A DNA stretch of 64,000 nt, taken from the NCBI RefSeq assembly GCF_009914755.1, contig NC_060927.1; one strand, 5' to 3'. Of this stretch, positions 27,450 through 39,900 are shown piece by piece. How positions within the stretch are numbered: the stretch's first letter is position 1; each line of letters begins with the position of its first letter. The DNA is from the human T2T-CHM13v2.0 reference genome, Homo sapiens. The notes beneath the pieces are model-generated. The model searched no databases and was not told the origin of the DNA. It saw only the letters and a list, made by a program, of their open reading frames with translations. A program made the translations under genes and the position numbers.

Positions 27450-27787
27450 AGCACCGCGGCCTCATCACATCTTCTGTGTTTCCTGTCCCATGGGCGACGC
27501 CCCCACTCCCACCCGGTCTCCTTCCCGAGCAGCTCTGGGCTGCAGAGCCAGCTGCGTGCCATCCCGCTCTGCTTCAGCGCACGCTGAAGACGGCACTAGG
27601 ACCCAGGGAAGTCCCCGAGCGGGGTTCGCGGAAAGGCAGCCAGACTCCTCCTTATCTCCAGTGTCAAACTTGACATCAGCCTGCGAGCGGAGCATGGTAA
27701 CTTCTCCAGCAATCAGAGCGCTCCCCCTCACATCAGTGGCATGCTTCATGGAGATATGCTCCTCTCACTGCCCTCTGCACCAGCAAC
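27450..27787 (+). promoter_or_regulatory. EPHA3: EPHA3 CpG-rich proximal promoter and 5' UTR (TSS probably around 27560)
   Basis: Abrupt GC/CpG enrichment from about 27450 to 27980 in an AT-rich background. GC/CACCC boxes (gcccccactcccaccc ~27498-27515). No obvious TATA box. Lies immediately upstream of the ATG. The exact TSS cannot be determined from sequence. Confidence 0.85.
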
Positions 27788-27875
27788 ATGGATTGTCAGC
27801 TCTCCATCCTCCTCCTTCTCAGCTGCTCTGTTCTCGACAGCTTCGGGGAACTGATTCCGCAGCCTTCCAATGAAG
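27788..27875 (+). CDS. EPHA3: EPHA3 coding exon 1 (signal peptide + start of mature protein, 29 codons + 1 nt)
   Basis: Translates MDCQLSILLLLSCSVLDSFGELIPQPSNE, recognised as the EPHA3 N-terminus. ATG in strong Kozak context (aacATGg). Ends at canonical donor GAAG|gtaag (GT at 27876), phase 1. Confidence 0.98.
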
Positions 27876-30800
27876 GTAAGCCAGGTACCGCGACGCACGG
27901 AGCTCTGCCCCGCGGGGCTCACGCTCTTCAAAGCACGTTCTCACCGAAGCCTTGCACGTCGGGAAGGTGCCTCCGAATAGAGCAGTTTGCTCTGAGAGTG
28001 AAGGAAAGATGTGCCTTTTTTTTTTCCAACTGTCTTCTAAAACACTTCAGGAGATAATTTTAGATGGTCTAAACTTTGAAAATGTGTTTTTAATCTGACA
28101 CCATTTCGAGCAATTACCTTGTTTGCCAATTTGAGCAGAAAGAAAGAAAGAAAATCCTCCAGCGTTGCAACCCAGTTATGTTAATTGCCAAATAGCCAAG
28201 GCAGTATTTTATTTTCTAATTATGACCATGTGGTACTCCGAGAAGTTTGAAAGAAAATTCAGCCTTCCTCTCTAGACTCTTTAGTATGTTTAAAGGTAAT
28301 GACAGGTTGTTCCTACTTGGGATCATGGCATTTATGAATGGACTAAAGGGAAATCAGAGTTTGTCGAAGCGGAGGTGCGTGTTTATGGTGCAAGGGCTGT
28401 GTTGAAGTTGTGTGTATCCCGCCAGGCAATGGTTTGCTCTATGGTACAGGTTCTAAAGAGCAGCATATGCCACATTAACATAAGTAATATTTGCAAGAAT
28501 TACAATAAGCTTAGGTTGGATTCTCTTTGTTTAAAGGCTTATATACAAATAGGAGAATGTATTTAATGAATAGTGGATAGCTCCTGGGAAGATATAGTAA
28601 ATAACTGAATAGTAGATTAAGAGAGAATGTTCATATGCAGCAAATGGCATTTCCTTGATGTTGTGTTATTTATTATCCTTGTAATGAGCATTAATTCCTT
28701 TTCAGTGGGTTAAAGTGCAAACCTAATGTTAAGGACACCAATGTGTTCTATAAGATTGTGTACTTAATACATACATTTTCTTTCTCCTGTATTCCTTTTG
28801 TGATCTATTCTTGTGAATACAGTCACTAACTCGTAAAACAAACTTCTCTAAATAATTGATTAGTGTAAAGCCACACTTACAACATTAATTTCCTCTTAGT
28901 GATTTTGAACTTATAACAGTAACATTTAGCAATTTATTTTGCAAGTTAACAATACCGAGCAACTGATGTGCAAACATCATGTTATATACATCACTCCTTA
29001 GAAAATATATTGTCAAGCCAATACTGTTGTATATGTACCTTAATTTTAAAAACACGAGTAAAAACAAAATACTTAGAAAGTTTTTTATTAAATGTAATAA
29101 CTGCCTGATACTCGGTGACCTACTTTCACTGCTAATAGAGCAGTAATTTATCTCCTTCCTTACTGACTGCCTTTATCAATTTGGCAGTTTTCATTAAATG
29201 TTCTGAATCTTTTTTCTAAATAAGAAAATGAAAATTCTAAAATATAAGGATCAAGAAAATTATCTTACCCACAAATGACTTTTTATTTTACAAACCAAAT
29301 TAAAATGTTTATTTGAAAGTAAGAGTCAATCATTCTTCCTGAATGAAAGGTAAGAGTATTCATTTGTATAACGGGTAACATGTATAATAGGTAACATATC
29401 AATAAATTAAACTTAATGTTTTAAAAATTTTTGTTCTTCGCAGATATTAAAATATTGACAATAACTAGAAAAATAGTATTAAAATTCCCACATTGTCATG
29501 ATAAATTATATTTTCCAGATAGAATGGTTATGAACTATGTAGATATGGATATTACTGAATTAATTATGCACAAGAATGTAGCTGTTAGTCAGTATTTTTG
29601 TGGAAAACAACCTTTAAGTAAACTGCAAGAGAAAAAAAAAGACACCAAACTATTTCACACCTATGTAAAATTAATCAGTATTAATTTAATGAAACAGAGT
29701 TAATCAAATACAAATTGCTTTTAAGCCTCACCTCATGTATGTTTGGGGATATAATGTATATAATTATACAGACAGGTACACATTAACCATATGGATATAG
29801 AAAGGTAAATATATTCAGAAAGCTGACATAATTGCATTTAATTTGCTTGGATGAAAGTTTATCCATCATTCATGGGATTATTCCTTCCAGATTGTGTCCT
29901 ATGGGTAGTGTCTCTTTTCCTTCCTGTGATTGTGAAGGGAAGCTTTAAAACAAATTTAAGATGATTTAACTTAGGTAATACTTGAGTGAGATTTTAAATA
30001 TTATCCATAGCTGGGCTCTCAGTTGAGTTGAATAACATGAAAAGTGAAAATGCCAAGTATGTGCCAAGATTTCCGTGCAATTTTTCTAACAATGTAATTT
30101 AAATAGAAAGCAATTCTTTTGAAAATGTATATATGAGAGGAGTGGTGATTTAAAAATGGTATTAATGTAGTTTTCTGATATAATTTTTTAATTTTGAAAT
30201 ATGAAATACTAGACTGTATTTAAAATATTATGATTGAAATATTTCAACACTGTAAAAAATTTATGAGAAATTTACTGAAACATATTTACTAGAATATATT
30301 CTTCAATCTGTTATGAAGTTAGGCATTTGAGAACCAAAGAGAACAAAACCAGGCCATTGACTTAATTGCTAGGACATTTGCAGTTGTGTGATGTGTTTTT
30401 TAATTTAAGATTTAATCATTAAACATCAATATTGAAATGCCATGGGTCCCTGATAAGAAAAATAACTTAGAAAATGTTTAATCTGAATTTTCCTTCTATT
30501 AATGTATTTACAAATATCTCTCTTATATGCTTTCAAGAAAATGACTCCAGGTGATAATAGGGACTCATCAACGATAACAGATATTCATAATTCCAATGAT
30601 CACTTGACTCAGCAATTGGCCTATATACTTAAACAGAACTTTATAGAAACTTTATTAAATTCTTATCAGGTCTCTCTGTTTACATGGCTTAAGAAAAGAC
30701 TTTTAATGGGAGATCAGCTGTTTTTCATGGCAAAATATGATTGCTACACTACGTATTATTTTAAAAGTTCATATACTTACTCCTAGTTTCCATACCACAG

Positions 30801-33524
30801 GGATGATTAATGGTAAACAGAAATAACATTGGAACAAAGTTAAAACTGGATATAAAATAAAATTATCAACTGTGGTTACTTCAACCCTTTCAGAATTGGT
30901 AAAAATACTTTCTTTAAACACTTTTATACATTTATGGCAGTCTGGGGTACAATGCACTATTAATTCATCAGCACATAATACACTAAATCATTTTTTCTAT
31001 CCAAAAGAGTTCATAAATTGGATTAACATTTACCTAGAAAGCTCTTTATATTGAAAATAGAGTATCCAAAATAAAACTGAATAAAATTAAATATTCATAT
31101 TTATATACTACTTTTTTAAAGACTTTTTTTAGTAGCTAAGACACTATTTCTATGAAATGCATTTCCCTAAATATAAATATTCTAAATACTAGAGGAAACT
31201 ATGCAATTGTTTAAAACTTAAAAGTAAAACTTGCATATGAATATTATAAGCTTCCCTTTGAGTAGTAGGCAAATGTTGGAGAAAATAAATAATCAATTTT
31301 TTCATTTTTAAAAATTACAATAAATTGGCATCACTTTTCATATATAAACACTTTTCCTCAAATAAGAACACACTGTGATTAAAACATTAATAGAGAACTA
31401 AGCTATCATATCATCTTTATAAGTTTTTTTGGTTTGGAAGAGGGTTTACATTTGCTTTTAATAGCATTTCATCATGCTAGACTAAATAATTGAATGCATT
31501 ATACATTTTTGTAATTTAATAGCTCTCCTAATAGCTCACCCCTACATCCCCCCCCCCACCCCGCCTCCATGGTTAACTGTGCTATTTGCCTGAAGGTAGG
31601 AGAAACCTTATTTTCACTATTTTATAACCCACAACAGTTAACACTTGACCTAGGTCATTAACAGGATTATCAGCAAATTTGTTTAAGCTTTTACTGACAA
31701 TCTGAATTGCTACGATAATATTTTGAATGTCCCGTAAAGAAACTTTTTGTAACCTCTCAAAATCTATCACAAAATTAATTCATTCTGAATCTATATCTTT
31801 GTAAAGACTAGTATCTATAATAATAATTTGAGTGGTGAAAAGGTTCACTCGGATACCTCAATCTCTTTATTTTTATGTTTCATAATCATACTATTCCAGT
31901 CCTTGTCATAAATGAGCAATTATAAACTCTTTTAGATATTACATCTTCTAGTAATAACAATAGATTTATCAATACAAAACAGTTTCACTGTAACTATCAA
32001 TATTTTTAATTTTATATTTTTAAATTATTGTTACTGTAGTTGATAGGGTTTTCTTTGCCTATTTTAAGGTTAAAAGTTAGTTGGATATACTTCTAATTCA
32101 GAAGTGACTGGACTTATAAAAGGGGAACTACATGTAATAAAACACCATTGCCACGTGTTAGATCATGGTTGTATTTTATATAAAGTTGTCTTTCCATGAA
32201 ACACTAGAAATTGGGAGCTATAATGAAAAACACTTTAATACAAAAATTTAAAACAAAATATTGTACAGAATCAGATCTTAGAGAGTTATTTTTAACATTT
32301 TTTAGTAGGTTTAGGAAGTTTTTGGTAAAGTTTTTCATTTCTTGAATTGAATTATGGTTGGCTCGTTGGTCATATTAACAACTTAGTAATCTCACGTTGC
32401 TCTTAATAAGTTTATTATTAAATAAATGATTTAGTAACATTCTTTATGTATTGCCTACATTTAACATTCAAACTTTGGTGTGTTCCTTAAGGGTCCGACC
32501 ATTTTTAATACTTTTCCACAATAAATTTCTTTCTAATGTTAAAATCCTTTCAGAAATTTAAATTTTTTTCGGAAATAAAATATATGCAATTTTTAAATAT
32601 CAAATAGTTACTTTTGCAAATGATTTTTAAAGGCAAAATATATTTCCAAAATATATTTGATTTACTAATTTCAACACAAATGAAAAAAAAAAGAAGTGTT
32701 CTTGAAAGTTACATTTTCCAAGTCATAAGATCTTCAGGAAAATATTAATAAAACTTTCCTCAAATCATCAAACTCGATAAGGTTTTATAGACATTTACTA
32801 AAAAAAATCTGTGATCTGGGCTACTTTTTATTTGAATCATTCTTTCAATGATTCGGTTTGGCATAAATACTAGATATAAGGGGAAACGTGTATTTCTTGG
32901 AAGAACATTAAGTTTTACAAGTTATTTTCTGTCAAGATCCTCAACTTTATTTTTTAGCCTGCACATTTTTTCTTTAAAATATTTAATAAACCTTGTTCCT
33001 TTAATTCCTGTTTGAGAGAAGATTTAGAAGAACAGATGCAGGTGTCTCCTTTTGGGTTCTGTTTTCAGAGATCTGGATTTTATCATCACGGAAGGTCAAT
33101 AAAGGGCTTTTACCAAGTACACAAGTAGCTTTCCACAGATTTTTTAAATAAAGGGTTGACCAGTAGTGTGAAACATTCATTATATTATTCATCCAGCTAT
33201 ACAGAAAACCAGGATTAGAAATTTACTTCTCAGAAATGTGGAAACCTTAGCTAACTCTTCTGTAACAACTTTAGAAATATTAGTAAAAGCAATATTGTGA
33301 CATTTATAAAATGCAAAGTCTTCCAAGTCACAAATCAATCCACCTAGGAAGACATCCCTCAGTGTGTTCGGGGTGTGGATACATGTGCGCCACTTGCTTG
33401 ATTTCATTAAGTCTGTTCCCAGCTGCTTGGTATCAGGTAGTTCTTGGAACCTGGCAGGAGGTTTTCTCCAGGAAAATCTGAAAGTCAGCAAGTTTTAGTT
33501 TGCCTCCTACCAGCTTCCTTTGTA

Positions 33525-33525
<1 letters not shown>

Positions 33526-33562
<37 letters not shown>
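33526..33562 (+). repeat. A37 homopolymer
   Basis: Seen directly; no Alu or L1 body upstream. Confidence 0.95.
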
Positions 33563-33566
<4 letters not shown>

Positions 33567-34529
33567 GGAGGGTGGTCGATTACAAAGAAAAAAGTTTTTG
33601 CAGGAGAAAAGAAAATAAAAAAAGTTGATTAGAAAACTGGAGAAGTAGAGAAAAGCAAAGGTTTTAAAGCCAATGTTAATATATAAATCATTTGCTTAAA
33701 AGAAAGACATTTATCACGTAAAACATCTGGCTAATCAATTTTTATTAAATCCCTAAAAACCCCGCACACTTAAAATGGGGTTGAGGTGGGGGGGGGCTGC
33801 ATTTCTTTGTTTCTCCTCTCAAGTTTACACACTTTTGATTTTTTCCCAGAAGAAAATATTTCATCCAGGAAAGTTTTAAGAGTGACAGCCAAAAAATGCT
33901 AAAATGCTTCCCCCTTTGAATGTCTGGACGAATGCATGTGGAGGGGTGGACAGAATCAAAATCAATTCAGCAAATAAAGCCTCAAATTTGAAGTGATGTT
34001 ATTAAACTAGAAGCCCTGAGTGTGAACATCCCCCAACCCTTCATTTTCTAAATCATGTCCCGCTGTTCCAGTCAAAGCAAAGGGTGAAAATCCACATAAT
34101 CCAAACCAACATGGTGAAGTGAGAATAATAGGTGAGGAAGGAGGAGGAAAGCAAGTGGCAGCACTGTACAAACAAACTGTTGTGAATATTCCTCGCCATG
34201 GACAGGAGTAGCCACAGGAGGGGATAACTGCCTTTCTTCTTCTTCGCCTTACACTTTCCACATTTGATAATGCAAATTCATTAAATTACAAAAGTGTGTC
34301 ATGCGAAATTTTAGCACAAAGCAGAGCCGTACGGGTAGAGACAGTAATGTGGCAACAGGGAGATGAGCAAGTGTTCCTTGCTGCCACCACACCCACCATC
34401 AGGGTGTCTTAACCACAAACTATTCTCCGCTAGGTCCAGGCTCGTTGGTGCAAAGGGAAAACAACGGTGTCTCTCAACAGTTCACTGCTTGCTCACTCTG
34501 CATCAAATTAAAGATGAGATCATAAAAAA

Positions 34530-35010
34530 ACATCTCCGGGTGCGCGTAACGCAGTCTCAGCCCTCTGGAGGCCAGTGGGTTCTTTGTGCACAAGTCTCTC
34601 CGCGCCTGGCTGCCCAAGTCAGTTCCCGGAGCGCGACCAGGGTGCCACGGCCTCCGTCCCGAGGTAGGGTGGGTGGGCGAGCGCAGCCTGATGCTCTTTT
34701 GCTCCGGGTTTCTGCCCCCGGGCGGACGGTGTAGACTCTGTAGCGAGCGGAGAGCGAAGGTGCAAAGTTAAGCGAACACGAGCGCCAGGAGGAGACTGGA
34801 GCGCGCGAGAGGCAAACGTGCGCCCTCTGCCTGCTGCCGCGGATCTGCTGGCACTGGGAGAGCACGGCGTACTCCTTGCCACCTGGACCCTCCTTACCTG
34901 GGCGTCAGTAAGACGCCAGAGAGTCCATGCGCCTTGGACGGGCCTGGCAGGTCCTGACCTGAGGAATAGACTTTAATTCAGGATCTACGATCGCCCTGCC
35001 GCCTTTCGCA
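34530..35010. promoter_or_regulatory. Intronic CpG island in intron 1
   Basis: Dense unmutated CpGs (gcgcg, cgcgagag, cggacgg, gcgagcgg) in non-repeat sequence, 6.7 kb downstream of exon 1. Confidence 0.8.
34558..34574 (-). promoter_or_regulatory. Candidate CTCF site at the edge of the intronic CpG island
   Basis: Minus strand reads TGGCCTCCAGAGGGCTG, one mismatch to TGGCCASYAGRKGGC. Confidence 0.45.
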
Positions 35011-35699
35011 TTGCTGTCAGCTAGGCTTTTCAGTTTGATGTCTGGAAGTGGCGTGTCTCTTTTCCATCCATTTTCATGGGTTCACCAGGTGACAGCCAGG
35101 GGAAGGAGATATTCTGCAAGGTTCGCTGCCGGATTGAGAAAGCATCTCTTACTGGGTGCGCTTGGTTGAGACTCACAGGAGTTGCCTCATACGCCCTGTT
35201 GTGCAGCTTGCTGATTTCTAACCCTATCCCTTTACTATTTCTTCATCTTTTGGGCATTCAACTCTTTTGGTGTCGCTAGACTAAAATGAAGAATATCTTT
35301 TTTTTTTTTTAGAAAAATTTTCTTTAAAACTACCTGCTAGTGCCACCTTTAGGCCCCTAGTAATTGCTGAGGGGATGTCAGTAAACTTTTCCCCTGTGCA
35401 TATTCAAAAGTTGTCTGTGTTCTCCCAAAGCCCGTGTTTGACTGACACCATTTTATTAAAACAGGATTTTTCCTCTTCCAATATTGGGAGTAAACATGGA
35501 ATGGGCAAGAGAGGGTTTTTGGGAGCTGTGCTATCGAGATAGCTTGGTGGGTGGATGATCCTGATGTTTCTGTGGCTGTGTTAGAACTTCAGTCTTTTTC
35601 ATAAAAGATGATTTTGTTAAATCCTGTAGACTTCAAGACTAATATATCCTCAGTGCCGTGTTCAACACTGAGAAAATAATTGCTCAGTGCTCTGCTGGC

Positions 35700-35900
35700 A
35701 AATAGATTTTTCCCTTACATTATCATTCACGACTTACTGAACCTCATTTAATCGTTAAAGCAGCCCTAAAATAGGTAACATAATGTTTCCCATTGTTACA
35801 ACTGAGGAAACTGAGAAAATGGATCATAATAAAGCGGTAACTAAGCCAAGCCCTCTCTCGTCTTTGTCTTTTGATTTTAACCTCATATGTTTTCTCCTAG
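35700..35900 (-). mobile_element. MIR fragment
   Basis: ctcatttaatc...cccattgttacaactgaggaaactgag matches the MIR core. Confidence 0.7.
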
Positions 35901-36909
35901 ACACAAATGACTATGAACTAGGGAGGCATCATTGTCAGGAAAAGCACTAGCTTCTCAACCTTAATCCCAGTGACTGTACTAATTTGTCTTCTGACTTTGC
36001 AAGGATAATTTAGAAACATTCAGAAATTTGTAGTGAAAAATTGAAGAAAACCATATAAATGAGGGTACTTTGGAACTGTAGTTACACTCATAAGTTATGA
36101 TTATCTGCGTGTGGGGGGGACCCACTAAGAAACTAAGTTAAAGGAATTTGATGTGGACAGAAGAGTAGATGAAAATATCTGTGATGACTTTTCTTCACAC
36201 GTTCTTACCTCTGTGTTCCTTTCCTGACACTCAAACACTCCTTTCATCACCCTGGAAAGAAGATTTTGTCAGGAATTCCATACATACAGATAGTGAGGAA
36301 ATTGTACAATATAACCAGAGTGTGATTATTTAGGGTTATGTGTAATAAAAATGAAGTGTGAATTAACAATTGGAATTATCTTAAAGGTCAGTAATAGGAG
36401 AAAATAGAACATGGTCCAAAAAGTAGACTTTAGTCTCTGTGGAAATTTCCCCCCGTTTAAAATATAATTTTTAAATTGCTTAAGATGAGAAAATAAATTT
36501 TAGTGATTTAGCTCTTCTTTCATAAAAGCACTTGTATTCTATTTAACTCCTGCCATTGAGAAAAGGTAGCTAAAACAGGCTTTTGAAAGGTAGCAAATTA
36601 AGTTGGGGGCAATTATATTTTTCATGTGGGTATTTTAGCACATATGTTTTGCATTAATTGCTGCAATAAATTCTGTTAACCTGGCAAAGAGCAAAAATAG
36701 CATATTGATGACATCAGGCTTCCAAAGCAGAAAGCAGCTTTTAGTATCTTGCTGTCTTCACTGTAACATTAAAAAAAAAAAAAAAAAACTAATGTGGTGG
36801 TTAACCAAAGAGTTAGCCATTCTTTCAAGCTATTGGCATATTTTCCATGAACAAAGTGAAGAATTAGCAACAAACTTTTTCCCCCTTACTTCCAGAGAAT
36901 TCATGTCAA

Positions 36910-36994
36910 TTACTCATTTTCCTGTTATTTGATTTTTTATATTCATATTTGTTACTCATTTTCCTATTATTTGATTTTTTTATATTTATATTTG
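36910..36994 (+). repeat. Tandem duplication, 2 x 42-43 bp
   Basis: ttactcattttcct(g/a)ttatttgatttttt(t)atatt(c/t)atatttg occurs twice. Confidence 0.92.
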
Positions 36995-39900
36995 GGTTTT
37001 CAGAACTCTCTCAAATCAAGGCAAATGTAAACTGACTTTAAAGGCTCCAAACTGAGCTGTCTTCCCTTTTAAGACAAACATCTTGACTGATTACATAGCA
37101 GGGCCTCAAAAGGGACTTAAGCAAATAGAGAATTGTGGGTTAATTTTATTACTGAGAAGTTTAGTTGGTCAATATCAAAACTGTTTCTTCTCGATTTTTA
37201 ATACATTCATTTTGAGAAGGTTAATATAGGTTTTTTCAATTAATAGTTAAGAAAAATAGATGAATAAGATCTAAAGGTCCAGTAAGTGTAAACTGCCTCA
37301 TGTAAGACTTTAAAATTTTACTTTTTGCCTATGATAAAGTTGATTGATTTCCAATCAACAGGAAATTGTAACATTTCCTATCTACCTCAGACTGACTAAG
37401 GGGAACACAGAGCAGCTTGTTAGCAGTTAACATGTATTTATTTCCTGATTTTCAAACGCAATTTAGCAATTAATAAAACTGTATAGCTTTTAAAGGGATA
37501 TATTCTTTCATTGCATCTGATGGCAGTCTTCACACTGAGGGAAAGTCTGGGAAGCTAATTTGCAATGTCTTCCATGTGGATTATCTAACTAATCCTCTGG
37601 GTAAGCAAAACACCACTCACAGGAAAAGTCTATTTGCAGCACTGTGTGGTGTGTTATATCACCAACAGTATTGTCCTCTTACAAAACTGAGCTATTCCCA
37701 AACTGTAAGCAAAATTTAATGAATAAATATATACCTTTTGACCTCATTATGGCATAATTTTTTTTTGAATTACAAACAGGTGATGTGAAAAAAACAAAAA
37801 CAACCATTGATTTATTTGTCACTATCTAATCTTGTTCATTTTCCCCAATTGTCCTCTAATCATCTATAATATTCAAAGGTGGCAAAAAGGCTAGAGTTAT
37901 ATACAAACTGCGATTTCTTTCCCCCTTGAATAAGTCACAGCTGATCATGGTAGATTTTGCTTTTTTTACAGAATAAAAGAACTGACAGCATCATAGAAAA
38001 CTAGAACTAGAATTAAGTCAGATTGTTACTCTTTTATGAAATCTATAAACACCACCAAATCTAGTAACTGCCAAATATTGGAAATATTTTCAAAGATGCA
38101 GTATAAAAGGACATAGTATTTTTCTCTTGGTTTACTATCTGGTTTACTATAGATAATTTAATACTCATTTACATTCGATAACTCAAAAAGATAAACTTAG
38201 AGGTTTTATTATAGTGTTCTTGACACTTCTGATCTAAATTATGATTTGATTGTCCTTGTTCTCTGAAAAAGAAATTTCCATGTGTAATTATATGTATTTC
38301 ATCTGGCTAAACTAGTTAATCCATGCTTAACAATGGTTTTTTTCTATATTTTCAGATACAAGTGATTTTCTTTGACATTTGTACATTGCATAAAGAAAAT
38401 TTTTCTTATCTTTCAAAGTGATGTTCCAAATCATACTAAATGTTTTAATATTCCCACAAGAAAAATAAAATGAGAGGAAGAAAACTAAAAAGATATAAAA
38501 TTAGTAATATTCCTTTAAATTTTTCTTTCCAAAGGTGATCCTTTGGAAATTAACTAAGCATGTTTTATTTTATGTTTGGCCAGGTGTGTAGTAGGTTTAC
38601 TACCCTAACCCTATTAGTGAAAACTTTGGAACTCTAAATGTAATGACAAAGGCACAACTTTAAGAATCATTAAAATGAGTCAAGAAAAGGGTTGATATAT
38701 AACTAATTGCCTGTTACATAATGACTCATCTTTCATATTATAATAATTTATTGTCTGTTTATTTACCAAACAGTACTTATCTGAGGATTAGTTACCCACT
38801 AGATTTTGAAAAAAAATATCTGCTAGGGAGTGGAATGCTCTGTGCTCTTGAAGATGTCAAATTCAATGGGATAAATGAATCTAAAATAAATACTTATATA
38901 AAAATTGTTATAACATAGATATGAAAATTATGAAAATATGATATGAATCTTTAGTGGAGGGTGCAATTTAAGTCCCAGAACAGAGTCCCTGAGAGACAGG
39001 GAGAATTTTTTTAAGGTAAAAGATAATAATAAATTCATAAAAACAAGGACTAGGAGATTAGAAGCTTTGCTTAAGTTCATGTGGTGGGGATAATTTTAAC
39101 CCAGATTTATTTTTAACTGCATGTAACTTTAAAAATAATTTAAATGAATATATAACAAAGACACACTTTTAAGCATGTCCAAAATAACTAAATATTCAGA
39201 AATAGTTCTTGTTAAGCACATACCGAAGCTAACATAAATTCTTTACATTACATGTGAGTGCATGTGAATATATTGGAAACACATGTGACTGAATATCAAA
39301 ATAGAACCATCTCCATATAAAAACTTCTGTAGGTGCTATTCCTATTATGACTACACTACCCAAAAATATCTCATTGGTCTTTATTTGCATTCTGCCATCT
39401 CTTTCATCAATAAATTAAAAGTTTTCTGACTATTCCAGTGCGGAGTTTGATGCTTTCCATTGACACCATGCTCCTAAGATGCAAAGGAAAAGACTAGTGT
39501 TTTGAAATAAACTGCTAAGAATGTGGTACCATATTTGATCCTTTGGGGACCATTATAAAAACCCAAAAACAAGTCTTGAAGAGTTTGTTCGTGTGTGTGT
39601 GCCTGTGTTTGTAGATGTCCATCAAATTTGTATTGTCATGATCAAAATAAATGATACACCTGAGATTTTAGACAATCCAGATATTCTGCAGAATATGATG
39701 AAGTCAGAGCTTTATTCTGATTTTAGTTTTCCAGAAATTTGTTTAATAAGGAAACCAATTTATTCTACAGTGGGGTTCTTTCAAAACAAATATGTGTGTA
39801 TGTATGTGCACATGTGTGTTTGGGGATGCCAAAATGTCCAGAGGTTGTTTTTAAATTTAAACTTACTTTTGTTTCACCACTACATTCTTTGTTTCCTATG

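Noticed and set aside
27788-28057. 89-aa ORF as a complete secreted protein
   Set aside because: It is exon 1 read through a strong GTAAG donor into intron 1; only the first 29 codons match EPHA3.
33444-33632. Poly-lysine ORF
   Set aside because: Artefact of the A37 tract.
34363-34882. Overlapping 60-123 aa ORFs on both strands
   Set aside because: Expected from stop-codon scarcity in a GC-rich island; R/A/P/S-rich with no homology recognised.
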